In this document: piece by piece, positions 39,070-49,746 of the stretch
Numbering within the stretch: the first letter of the stretch is position 1
Layout: each line of letters begins with the position of its first letter
Source: Candidatus Dojkabacteria bacterium
GTDB taxonomy: Bacteria > Patescibacteriota > Dojkabacteria > B142 > OLB20
DNA length: 64,000 nucleotides
Direction of reading: 5' to 3'
Assembly: GCA_030583785.1 (NCBI GenBank)
Contig: CP129475.1
Span: 543,559-607,558, forward strand
Notes under the pieces: generated by a model
Database searches by the model: none
What the model saw: the letters and a program-made list of their open reading frames with translations, nothing else
Told to the model about the DNA's origin: nothing
Made by a program: the position numbers and the translations under genes

Positions 39070-40261
39070 GCCTAAAAGTAAGTAAGAAATATACAGAAAT
39101 AAGAAATAGAAAAGACATTACTACCATCTGGATATTAAGCACAGCGGCAATTGAATTTCCAAAATAATGTATTAATCCGATCTGCATTAACAAAGATAGG
39201 AACAAAAAAGGATTAATTTTATTATAATCCCTTGAGATTAGATAAAGCACGATATTATTGGCAAGAACAAATATTGTCATGATAACCGTCTGCATGGCTA
39301 AATATGATGCTGCTTCGATGAATTCTAAACCAAAAACACTTTGAACAAGAAAGGTTCCAAGAAAAGCAAAGGCGATCGTTGCAAAAAGTCCTATTCCTGA
39401 ACTGATTATAAGACTTTGCTTAAGATCCTTTAACGAACCGTTGCCGGAAGCGCTTATAGGGAAGAGAGCTATGGAGATAGATCCTGCCAAGAAAAATACC
39501 AACTTACCGAAGGTAATAACAGCACCATAAATTCCTGCGTCATATGCCGCAAGTGATGATCTTGCCATTACCCCATCGACGATGAACATAAGATTGATCA
39601 CAATAAATCCTATTGAAACTGCAGTTACAGATTTAATACTAAAGACTTCTAGAACATCCACTTCCTTTTCACTAACTGTTAAGCGAGTAGATAATAATTT
39701 GGCGACAATTAATGTTATTAAGGAACCTACAGCCAGTCCAAATAATATCCCGTTAATACCAAGTCCTAAGGCAATAGCAGTTACAGCAAATATCAACTTT
39801 AATACTGATTCAATTATCTGTGTAATAGCTGTATCAGCAAATGACATTGATCCACGCAGAATGCCTCGATACATTGCCAGAAACAGAGAACTTAAAGCTA
39901 GCAAGGCCAACATAGCGAAAGGTGTGATATCTGAAATATTCAAATAACTTCTGAGAAATATCGTGCCAAGTAGAATAAAGCTAATTGCTAGTAGTATCTG
40001 AGCAATTAATAATATCTTAAGAAGATGCTGTTCTACCTGCTTGCTTGAAAGTTTATGTGTTGCCACTACTTTTGTGACAACATTAAAAACAACTGTCTGA
40101 GCAATACTGATAACAAACGAAAGCGACAGAAGCGATACAAGAACACCAAAGTCTTCTGGGCCAATGAACCTGCCTAAGGTATAGAACAAGAAATTCAAGC
40201 CCGCAGTCAGCACTGCCGCAAATGTAAATATCAGCGTTCCTTGTATAAGTTTGTTTGACAT
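39038..40261 (-). CDS. Wzx-type oligosaccharide/polysaccharide flippase (MOP superfamily)
   Basis: 12-14 predicted TM helices, with size and topology typical of a polysaccharide biosynthesis flippase. Start moved to the Met of MSNKLIQG (40261) to avoid overlapping the upstream gene; the ORF track gives 40360. Confidence 0.55.
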   Translation of the reverse strand: MSNKLIQGTLIFTFAAVLTAGLNFLFYTLGRFIGPEDFGVLVSLLSLSFVISIAQTVVFNVVTKVVATHKLSSKQVEQHLLKILLIAQILLAISFILLGTIFLRSYLNISDITPFAMLALLALSSLFLAMYRGILRGSMSFADTAITQIIESVLKLIFAVTAIALGLGINGILFGLAVGSLITLIVAKLLSTRLTVSEKEVDVLEVFSIKSVTAVSIGFIVINLMFIVDGVMARSSLAAYDAGIYGAVITFGKLVFFLAGSISIALFPISASGNGSLKDLKQSLIISSGIGLFATIAFAFLGTFLVQSVFGLEFIEAASYLAMQTVIMTIFVLANNIVLYLISRDYNKINPFLFLSLLMQIGLIHYFGNSIAAVLNIQMVVMSFLFLISVYFLLTFRREQKADQYTK

Positions 40262-40284
40262 TGCTCCAGCGCGACTACAATTTA

Positions 40285-40941
40285 CTAGCTCTGGGATTTT
40301 CTTCGTGATGAGAATGCGAATGCTATTAACAGAACCAAGAGCAATAATAATAAGCAACACAATAACAGTACCCCGGCATTAAGGGAACCTAGAATGCTTG
40401 TGCTTTGTTGTCCAACTGCTAAATAAGGGAAATTATTTGCTTCTGCTGAATAGAAGTAATAAATTGAGCTTTCTGTTTTTTGTGCAGTGTTTTCTCTTAC
40501 CCATGCATTGTCTGAATTATTGTGGGTGAACAAAGAAATATCGTTCTGATTCAGAGATTTTTCGTTTAACCAACTCTTTCGAACTTTAAGATCAAGGCTT
40601 GTTTTTTTAATATCGTTTTCGTTTATTCCATTAAACTCAAATTCGCAATACTCAAAGGCATTGTCTATCTGTGCAGAGTCCTTTTTTGGGTTATCTGAAA
40701 GTTTTCTTAAGATAATTTCACCTTTTATATTGGTCTTTGCCTCTATTGTAACCTTATCGATTGATTCACAACCTGTAGGATAAAAAGAAATTCTATCTGA
40801 GGCAGCAATATCGATTCCATAAACTTCACCATTATCTCTATAAATTGGTGTTACTTGATTTGTATCATATTGGGCAAATGCAAGCGAAGGACTTAACAAT
40901 ATGGACAGTGAAAGAATTATTGAAACAAAATACTTGGTCAT
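40285..40941 (-). CDS. secreted protein with C-terminal hydrophobic anchor and basic tail (sorting-signal-like)
   Basis: Signal peptide MTKYFVSIILSLSILLSPSLAFA. C-terminal LLLCCLLLLLLVLLIAFAF followed by SSRRKSQS. Confidence 0.4.
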   Translation of the reverse strand: MTKYFVSIILSLSILLSPSLAFAQYDTNQVTPIYRDNGEVYGIDIAASDRISFYPTGCESIDKVTIEAKTNIKGEIILRKLSDNPKKDSAQIDNAFEYCEFEFNGINENDIKKTSLDLKVRKSWLNEKSLNQNDISLFTHNNSDNAWVRENTAQKTESSIYYFYSAEANNFPYLAVGQQSTSILGSLNAGVLLLCCLLLLLLVLLIAFAFSSRRKSQS

Positions 40942-41044
40942 GTTCTGGTTAATAAAATTAAAACAGGATAGGTTATTATATCAAATATATAGCCTATATC
41001 ATAACGCTAATGCGTTGAATCCTACTGCCAGATAATACGAAAAA

Positions 41045-41072
41045 GGCCCCGCCGGGTTTCGCCGGCGGGGCC
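41045..41072 (-). terminator. rho-independent terminator downstream of groEL
   Basis: Perfect 11-bp GC stem, ggccccgccgg / ccggcggggcc, with a 6-nt loop. An A-run on the plus strand (41038-41044) gives a T-tract after the hairpin on the minus strand. Confidence 0.7.
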
Positions 41073-41086
41073 CTTTTACTAAATAA

Positions 41087-42736
<1,650 letters not shown>

Positions 42737-42743
42737 TTAAAAA

Positions 42744-43043
42744 TTATTTAATAATCGCTAAGATTGCGTCTTCGCCCATTATTAGAAAGTCTTCCCCATC
42801 AACCTCTATCTCCTCTGGGGAATACTTCTTAAACAGAACTTTGTCGCCGACTTTGACATTAAATGGAATGAGTTTGCCATCTGCGTTTAATTTTCCTGAG
42901 CCTAAGGCAACTATTTCGCCTTTTTGTGACTTTTCTTTGTCTACAGTGTCTGGTAAGACTATACCAGAAGCAGTTAGATTCTCTTCACTAACAGGCTTAA
43001 CCAAGATGTTCCCTCCGATTGGGGTTAATTTTGCTTTTGCCAT
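42744..43043 (-). CDS. groS: co-chaperonin GroES (Cpn10)
   Basis: KLTPIGGNILVKPVSEE..TASGIVLPDT...GEIVALGSG. Confidence 0.9.
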   Translation of the reverse strand: MAKAKLTPIGGNILVKPVSEENLTASGIVLPDTVDKEKSQKGEIVALGSGKLNADGKLIPFNVKVGDKVLFKKYSPEEIEVDGEDFLIMGEDAILAIIK

Positions 43044-43131
43044 ATTTGCAATTTATTTAAGAAATAAAATTATAAATTAGAATTATTAAAATCCTAACTA
43101 AAGGATCAATAAGAATAGTCTAAGATGATTA

Positions 43132-43160
43132 TTGGCAGCTGAGTGCTTACACTGCTAAAT
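43132..43160 (-). promoter_or_regulatory. degenerate CIRCE-like inverted repeat upstream of groES
   Basis: The minus-strand sequence reads TTAGCAGTGTAAGCACTCAGCTGCCAA. It contains TTAGCA and a TAAGCACTC half-site resembling CIRCE (TTAGCACTC-N9-GAGTGCTAA), but there is no clean second half-site. Confidence 0.2.
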
Positions 43161-43207
43161 AATATTCTATGCTGACACATATTGTCAAGCGAAATCCCGA
43201 TAACGTC

Positions 43208-45220
43208 TTATTGATTAGCGTTTTCAAAAATCTTTTCTACTTCAATCTTTGCCGAGTCAGTAGGCACTCTTTGCAGAAAGAAAGGAATATAGATTGGTGT
43301 GTATTTAATTCGATACTCGCTGATTCCTTCAAGTGAAGATATATACTCATGAGCCTCAGAAAGACTGACTCCTGCGATCTTTTCGATCAGATCATCTTCT
43401 GAAATGTCTGCTGTTACACCTGCATTTGAACTAAGAGAGAAAGTAACCTCGGAGTTGTCGTCATTAACAGAAATATCCCGAATAACGGGATCAGACAGAT
43501 TTATTGAGCCACCAGCCTGAGTTTCGTTATTTTTTACAACCTCTTCTGCAACAGTTGTCAGATCAGATTTTAATACAGTAATGGCACTTATGGTAAGTTT
43601 CAAGTCTACTGTAAAAGTATCTGCTTCTTTGTCCACTTCAACCGAAGTCTTGAGTTCATCTTGCTTAAACTTTTGACTTCCATCGAGCAAAATATCTTCT
43701 TGAGAAATTAGACCTTTAAGGCTATCTACCAATTGCTGCTTCAATTCATCTTCGGCTGATCCCTTGATGGAATCGATATCTTGTTGGGTCACAATAATGA
43801 TCTCTTTTGTTGTTCCTCCAGTAATATCGTAGTAACTGTTTGCAGTCATCTGGCTGGTTGTATAGCCTGATATAACATAAGTAGAATTAACATTTACGAT
43901 ATTGTAGTTTGATCCAAACGATGAGGCTTCGACAGGAACATCACGAACTGCACCGTTATTGATTAATGGTGGAACCGTTACATCTCTGGTGATGACATAT
44001 TGAAGATCGGTATTGATATTTGTTACCGATGTACCCTTTTTAAGCTGGATTGGAGAATCCGTCAGATTACTAATATCAATTAATCCTTTTGCCTTGTCTC
44101 CGGATTCACCTTTGCCTGTTGCCTGTCCTTCTTTAGTGATTGAACTTGTCTTACTTAGCAGATTGGCAGGAATTATTAGTTGTTCGGTATCGATTTCGTC
44201 AACCTTAGTTGATGCTGTAACCTTTTCGTTAACTTTCACTTTGTTTTCGGCAAATATGAGTGTGATGCTGACAAAGGGAAAGAACAGATACGATATTAAA
44301 AAGAAGATTATTATTCCGACACTAAAAGACTGCAACAGTTTCTTGTTGCCTCCGGCAGCATAAAACTGGGCAACAAATCTTTTTACTTTGCCAAAAAAGG
44401 CATTGTCGTTAACCTGCCTTCTGCTAGTTCTTTTAACCTGACTTGTTTGTTTTTGTTGCAACATCGAAGTTAAATCCTTTCCTAAAAGACCCGCTTTGTT
44501 TCTTGGTTCTGGCGCATTATGCGAAACTGAACTGTTGCTCTTTGCGTTTTCAGCTTGCTGTTTTAGATAGTTTAGATTCTTATCTTGATGCTTAAAGACA
44601 GCTTGATCGACCTGATTATCTGCAAGAGCAACTCCAGATATGTCTGGTTCTGTTTCGAGTCTTTTCCTTTCTTCATCCATGAGTGAGAGATCGTCTGTAA
44701 TATCACCGCCGGCATAAACCATAATATTGCCAAGTTCGACCGCTTTGGCCTCGAGTCTTTTGGGCTCGTTTGCGACTTCTTCTTCTGGTTCTTCTTCAAT
44801 TACTGCCTTGACAGTTGTAGATTGATCAACCTCGAGCTCGTCTTCGGCGACAATCTTTTCATCTTTGCGATCCCCGACCAGTTCGTTTTTGAGTCTAAGC
44901 TTTTCGTTTAACAAAACTTCTTTAAGTTCTTTGGCTCTAATCCATATTTCTTTAGTGACATTGCTTATTTTGTCGACTGCCACTAACGAAGCTTTGTCTG
45001 CTAGTTTTCTTCCGATCTCATCTTCTGTAACAAGGACAAGTAGCTTATCGGTTTGAAGCATTTGTTTAGTTAGGAGCTTTAAACTTACAGCGCTGCTAAC
45101 CAAGGCAGCATGTTTAGGAATAACAAGTATTGCCCTATTGCTCTGTGAAAGAAGGACCTTTTCAATAGTAAAGACAATTTCTTCTTCTGTATCAATAAAT
45201 ATTTTGTTTGCGTTTGCCAT
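43208..45220 (-). CDS. hypothetical bitopic membrane protein (acidic cytoplasmic N-domain, one TM, ~340-aa external domain)
   Basis: 670-aa ORF with a single hydrophobic segment (LLQSFSVGIIIFFLISYLFFPFVSITLIF). It lies immediately downstream of the FtsA-like gene, with a 2-nt gap. Confidence 0.4.
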   Translation of the reverse strand: MANANKIFIDTEEEIVFTIEKVLLSQSNRAILVIPKHAALVSSAVSLKLLTKQMLQTDKLLVLVTEDEIGRKLADKASLVAVDKISNVTKEIWIRAKELKEVLLNEKLRLKNELVGDRKDEKIVAEDELEVDQSTTVKAVIEEEPEEEVANEPKRLEAKAVELGNIMVYAGGDITDDLSLMDEERKRLETEPDISGVALADNQVDQAVFKHQDKNLNYLKQQAENAKSNSSVSHNAPEPRNKAGLLGKDLTSMLQQKQTSQVKRTSRRQVNDNAFFGKVKRFVAQFYAAGGNKKLLQSFSVGIIIFFLISYLFFPFVSITLIFAENKVKVNEKVTASTKVDEIDTEQLIIPANLLSKTSSITKEGQATGKGESGDKAKGLIDISNLTDSPIQLKKGTSVTNINTDLQYVITRDVTVPPLINNGAVRDVPVEASSFGSNYNIVNVNSTYVISGYTTSQMTANSYYDITGGTTKEIIIVTQQDIDSIKGSAEDELKQQLVDSLKGLISQEDILLDGSQKFKQDELKTSVEVDKEADTFTVDLKLTISAITVLKSDLTTVAEEVVKNNETQAGGSINLSDPVIRDISVNDDNSEVTFSLSSNAGVTADISEDDLIEKIAGVSLSEAHEYISSLEGISEYRIKYTPIYIPFFLQRVPTDSAKIEVEKIFENANQ

Positions 45221-45222
45221 AC

Positions 45223-46476
45223 TTATACTAATTCAAGAATCATTCTAGCTAAAGCCAAAGGTGTGACATCTGAAGGATCAATTATTCTACCTGTCTGATC
45301 TTCGATATCTACCAATTGATTTGGAAACAACATTGATGTTTTTGGATATTTTCTGAAAGGTAAAACCTGTAACCAAGGATGCTCGAGTAGCACTTGTCTA
45401 ACCTCTGGTAAAGCAGAGCCTCCACCACATAAGTAAAACTGAGTCGGGTACTTGTCGAGATCATCAAGTTCTTCTAAAGAAAGCTCTACTCCTTCGGCCC
45501 AAATGTTTATATCTTTCTTAAGTGCTTTTCTAATTTGAATTTCTTTGTCTTTGGTAAGTTTTCCGTCTGCATATTCAATCTTCATTTGCTCTGCGTCATG
45601 AAGCTCAAGATCTAGGTCTTTTTGAATTCTTCGTGAAAATACTCTGCCCCCGAAAGCAAACATTTTTGTTCCGACTATTCCACCTTGGTCAACAACCGCC
45701 ACATCTGTTGTTCCTCCTCCGACATCGATTATGACTGCGCTAAATTCTTTACTGCGTGCTCCTTTTATTGCTCTGGCAATTGCGTATGGTTGAACCTCGA
45801 TGCTTAGAACTTCTAGTCCAAGACTGGCTGCAATCTCTTTGAGAGAATTAACATGCAGCGAAGGTGCAAAAGTCGAAAAAACACGATAGGTAACTTCTGA
45901 ACCGGTAAAGCCAAGTGGATTGTCAACTTTTACTCCGTCAATATATGTAGCATTAATTTTGCTGTTCAGCTCCTGCAAGGCAGCAACTGGAATCCCAATA
46001 TCTTCTGCAATATCTGTTGCGGCATCGGCAAAGGCTTGTTGCTTAACATGGGCAATAACTTCTGCCATCTCTGTTTCGTCAATCTTGCTGTCGGGATCTT
46101 CTCTGGTATAGTCAGCCATAATTGTGATTCCCTGCACAAGTTCTCCGGCAATACCCATAACTGTTCTAGTTGGGATAGGCGTTCGGTAGGGCTCTTCGCC
46201 CTCTGGTAAGTTTTTATTGGCAATGGCATCCGCATCAAGAAGAGCTTCGCCAATAGCACGATCACAGGCGCTGATTACATTCTCGAGATTAACAATCATG
46301 GCACCCTGCATGGCACTGCTATGCTGTCTGACTTTTGAATATCCTTTGATGGCAATCTTAAGGCTAGTGAAATCCACCGAAAACAAAGCAGCCTTAACAA
46401 ATTCGGTTCCGATATCTAGAGCTAGATATATGTCTTCTTGTTGAGTTTTTGGGCTTTTGCGAAAAAAAGGCAACAT
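45223..46476 (-). CDS. actin-family ATPase, FtsA-like (FtsA/PilM superfamily)
   Basis: Phosphate-1 YLALDIGTEFVKAAL. Phosphate-2 VIIDVGGGTTDVAVV. Adenosine motif YLCGGGSALPEV. Its 417-aa length fits FtsA better than PilM. Confidence 0.55.
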   Translation of the reverse strand: MLPFFRKSPKTQQEDIYLALDIGTEFVKAALFSVDFTSLKIAIKGYSKVRQHSSAMQGAMIVNLENVISACDRAIGEALLDADAIANKNLPEGEEPYRTPIPTRTVMGIAGELVQGITIMADYTREDPDSKIDETEMAEVIAHVKQQAFADAATDIAEDIGIPVAALQELNSKINATYIDGVKVDNPLGFTGSEVTYRVFSTFAPSLHVNSLKEIAASLGLEVLSIEVQPYAIARAIKGARSKEFSAVIIDVGGGTTDVAVVDQGGIVGTKMFAFGGRVFSRRIQKDLDLELHDAEQMKIEYADGKLTKDKEIQIRKALKKDINIWAEGVELSLEELDDLDKYPTQFYLCGGGSALPEVRQVLLEHPWLQVLPFRKYPKTSMLFPNQLVDIEDQTGRIIDPSDVTPLALARMILELV

Positions 46477-46755
46477 AACAACTGTATTATGTACAGTTAT
46501 TATAATACAGGATTAGAGCAAATGTGTCTTGACCAGATAAGATCCTCTCGAAGTGAAATAATATAGGCCCTTCATGAATCTAAAAGAATACTCTTATCTG
46601 TATTCTCTAGATATTAATCCCCTCCATTATAAGCTAATTCAATCAAGACTATATTGCCGTAACTGTTATATAGAAATCGTCCTTAATGATATAATCTAGG
46701 CAGAATTTGGAATTTCGAACATTATTGTATATAATTGATATAGATATATACATTC

Positions 46756-47814
46756 ATGGGATCACCAGATATTACACCAGGAATAATAATTGGAAAATTA
46801 GAAGCACCACAAGAGACAATTGCTTCTCAACGACCCGATGAAGATCAAGCTTCAAGGGTTAATATTCTGGGACAGTTACATGGTATTACCCCTGAGCAGA
46901 TAAGAAATTTTAAAGAAGCAATTCCTCTTGCTAATTATTACAATGGCGTTGACCCAGTAATAATGCTTGATCTTGCAGCAGGAACAGGTTTTGTTGCCGA
47001 ACAAATTGCTCAACATGCCATAGATACAGGTATACCGGTAACCATGCATACAATCGAGATTAATCATGCTATGAATGCAGTAGCAAGAGCAAGAATAGAA
47101 TCCTTTCTTGGAGTAGATCCAAGTAGGCGAGATCTCTTTTCTATGCTAGCTCACGATGGAGATATTACAACACAAGGCGGAATTGAGAGATTAGCAAAAC
47201 TGCGGGAAGCGAGTGTTGATATAGTCAGCATTAAAATGGGTTTGCATGAAATGCCGATGGCAAACAAGAGGGAATTATTAAAAGATGTTTATCGTGTTTT
47301 AAAACCGGGAGGCAGATTGGTTTCTTGGGATGTCTTTGTTCCAGAGAGGACTAATGGCACACCTGCCATTGAATATACACGCTTTATTGCGGAAAAAGAT
47401 CGAATTGCAGGTAGAGGGTCAATGGCAATAAGAAGAGAGTTCCATACAAAAGGTGAATTAAAAAGATTACTTACTCAGGCAGGATTTAATCAAGAGATGA
47501 TTAGTATGTCGCAGTACAGTTGGGTCAGAACCTGGGACACCATAGAAAGGTGGTTCTTTGAGCTGGGAAACGAAAATCCGTCAAACTTAATAAGATTAAA
47601 CCAGGCAGCAACGGATTATATTGGACGCTATGACGAATCAATGCTAGGTGATTCAGCTTTTACTGGCACTCTTCGGGAGTATATGGATTTGCATTATACC
47701 AATGGTGGCTTTGACGGAACAGGTATTGATCCAATATTGGCGGATAGACAATATGTAGTCACTGGCTATAGTTTTGAAATTGGAAGCGGAATAAGTATCG
47801 CTATCAAGAAATAG
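46756..47814 (+). CDS. class I SAM-dependent methyltransferase
   Basis: Motif I VIMLDLAAGTGFVAEQIA. Motif post-II/III VLKPGGRLVSWDVF. Confidence 0.65.
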   Translation: MGSPDITPGIIIGKLEAPQETIASQRPDEDQASRVNILGQLHGITPEQIRNFKEAIPLANYYNGVDPVIMLDLAAGTGFVAEQIAQHAIDTGIPVTMHTIEINHAMNAVARARIESFLGVDPSRRDLFSMLAHDGDITTQGGIERLAKLREASVDIVSIKMGLHEMPMANKRELLKDVYRVLKPGGRLVSWDVFVPERTNGTPAIEYTRFIAEKDRIAGRGSMAIRREFHTKGELKRLLTQAGFNQEMISMSQYSWVRTWDTIERWFFELGNENPSNLIRLNQAATDYIGRYDESMLGDSAFTGTLREYMDLHYTNGGFDGTGIDPILADRQYVVTGYSFEIGSGISIAIKK

Positions 47815-47887
47815 TTAACAAATACTGCTATTTACTTACTATATACATTGTTATATAATAATACTCAATATATATTAACTCTTCATT

Positions 47888-48478
47888 ATGAAGGCAGCAA
47901 TAATTGGAGCAAAACTTAACAATAAGTCAAATATAGAGGCTCAAATAATAAAAAAGGCACTACAAGAAAAAGGCGTATCTGTTGACTTCTCTTATTACGA
48001 AACCAATACCGATCACGATGCAATTAATCTCGAAGAAACACACAAAAGAAACCAAAAGTTAATAAAAAATGCTGACTTCTTAATTGCAGAGGCAACCGAA
48101 TACAGCAGCGGAATCGGATACCTAATTGCTAATGCCCTTAGCCAGAAAAAACCAGTACTGGCTTTGCATAACATTGATAAAAACCCTAATCCTTCAAATA
48201 TTATTAAAGCAAGTGCATCTTCAAAACTATTAACTTTTGCTGAGTATAAAGACAATACAACAATAGAAAAAGCAACAGTTGATTTTGTATACTCAGTAAA
48301 ATCAATGCTTGATACCAAATTCATCCTCATCATCTCTCCAGAGATTGAGAGATATCTAGAATGGGTATCAGATAACCGCAGAATGCATAAGGCACAAGTC
48401 GTGCGCAGAGCCGTTGAAGACACTATGGAAAAAGACAAAGAGTACAAGGACTATTTGAAGAAGGAATACGGAATTTAA
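47888..48478 (+). CDS. nucleoside 2-deoxyribosyltransferase-like (SLOG-type Rossmannoid) domain fused to C-terminal ribbon-helix-helix-like segment
   Basis: The N-terminus runs MKAAIIGAKL...ADFLIAEATEYSSGIGYLIANALSQKKPVLALHN, compare NDT-like MKIYLAGP...ADxVVAxLDG...GTxxEIGYAxAxGKPV. The C-terminus ISPEIERYLEWVSDNRRMHKAQVVRRAVEDTMEK is a beta-strand plus helices of CopG/RHH type. Confidence 0.4.
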   Translation: MKAAIIGAKLNNKSNIEAQIIKKALQEKGVSVDFSYYETNTDHDAINLEETHKRNQKLIKNADFLIAEATEYSSGIGYLIANALSQKKPVLALHNIDKNPNPSNIIKASASSKLLTFAEYKDNTTIEKATVDFVYSVKSMLDTKFILIISPEIERYLEWVSDNRRMHKAQVVRRAVEDTMEKDKEYKDYLKKEYGI

Positions 48479-48491
48479 GTTATGTGATTAA

Positions 48492-48518
48492 GGGCGGGGC
48501 CTTTGGCCCCGCCCTTTT
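48492..48518. terminator. bidirectional rho-independent terminator between convergent genes
   Basis: Stem gggcggggcc / ggccccgccc with a 3-nt loop, followed by TTTT (48515-48518) on the plus strand. Confidence 0.7.
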
Positions 48519-48523
48519 CGTTC

Positions 48524-49603
48524 TTAGGATACAATACCTATCTCTTCTGGAATGTATTCCCTGAAATTGGCAACAGTTATTTCAAATCTTTCACCTTCTC
48601 CCATTACTATTCTTTTAGCAACTTTGCGCACCAAAGTGGTAAGAGTTCTTTCAAGCTCACGAATACCAGCATCGAACCCCAAAGGCCTAATTAAAAGTGG
48701 CCAGACATCTTCTGCAAACACAATCCTGTCTGCCTCTAACCCTGAATTCTCTAAAACCTTTGGAAGCAGGTAGTCTCTGGCAATATGCATTTTTTCGTCG
48801 TCACTGTAACTAATCATTCTAACTACTTCAAGACGATCAAGTAGAGCTGCACTAATTCCGCCAAGGTTATTTGCGGTAGCCACAAAAATAACATTTGATA
48901 AATCAATCGGATAATCAAGATAATTATCTCTGAATGTTGAGTTCTGCTCTGGATCAAGGATCTCTAGTAGTGCGGCCATTACATCTGCTCTTGAATTTTC
49001 ACTAACTTTATCAACCTCATCCATAAGAATCATTGGATTCATGACGCCGGTTCTAGTTAATGCCTTTATTACCTGACCTGGCTCTGCGTCTGGTTCACCT
49101 CTAGATCGACCCCTAAGTTCGGTTACCCCAGACAAACCTCCTAAAGATATTCTGACAAACTTTCTGCCCAAAGCCACCGAAATAGACTTTGCAATAGAAG
49201 TTTTACCGATACCTTGAATACCAACTAAACAAAGAATCGGTGCATGTGAAGAACTACCTTGCAGTCTGGCCATTTCTTCAGGGTGTCCACCTTGACTGGC
49301 AGCCATGGCCTGCTCTTTTCGAAGCCTTAAATTAAGCATGGCCACATATTCAAGCATCCTTTCTTTAATATTTTCTACACCGTAATGCGTCTTGTCTAAC
49401 TGTGCCTTAACTCTCTTTAGATCTAGATCATCGGTTGTGTACTTGCCCCAAGGCACATTTGTAATCCAGCCTATATATTTTTCTACTGTTTCGTACTCTT
49501 TGGAAAAAGATCCATACTTAACCATCTTGTGCAATCTTTGCAACATTCCCATACCCTTCTCGAACAATTCTCGAGGCATCGGAGTCTCGGAGATCCTTTT
49601 CAT
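48524..49603 (-). CDS. Lon-family AAA+ ATPase module only (no LonN, no S16 protease domain)
   Basis: YIGWITNVPWGKYTTDDLDLKRVKAQLDKTHYGVENIKERMLEYVA matches the Lon pre-AAA helix. Walker A ILCLVGIQGIGKTS. Walker B ILMDEVDK. LEILDPEQNSTFRDNYLDYPIDLSNVIFVATAN matches the Lon sensor region. The ORF ends at the end of the AAA+ small domain and is followed by a terminator. Confidence 0.7.
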   Translation of the reverse strand: MKRISETPMPRELFEKGMGMLQRLHKMVKYGSFSKEYETVEKYIGWITNVPWGKYTTDDLDLKRVKAQLDKTHYGVENIKERMLEYVAMLNLRLRKEQAMAASQGGHPEEMARLQGSSSHAPILCLVGIQGIGKTSIAKSISVALGRKFVRISLGGLSGVTELRGRSRGEPDAEPGQVIKALTRTGVMNPMILMDEVDKVSENSRADVMAALLEILDPEQNSTFRDNYLDYPIDLSNVIFVATANNLGGISAALLDRLEVVRMISYSDDEKMHIARDYLLPKVLENSGLEADRIVFAEDVWPLLIRPLGFDAGIRELERTLTTLVRKVAKRIVMGEGERFEITVANFREYIPEEIGIVS

Positions 49604-49746
49604 GAGGAGATTTATTTCTTCGATATCACTTATCGCTTGGTTGTTTTGGGTGGGTTGTACTATTGGTGCGACTGGCGCTACTGGGTTGCTGCATATAAAA
49701 AAGCCATATACAACAGTATATGGCTTTTAGCAACAAGTCTCAATTA

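Noticed and set aside
45223-46476. Calling the actin-like ATPase PilM, and the downstream 670-aa protein PilN/O, as a type IV pilus assembly pair
   Set aside because: The 417-aa length and the motif spacing fit FtsA better. The downstream protein has a 300-aa cytoplasmic acidic domain unlike PilN/PilO. Left as FtsA-like, with the partner uncalled.
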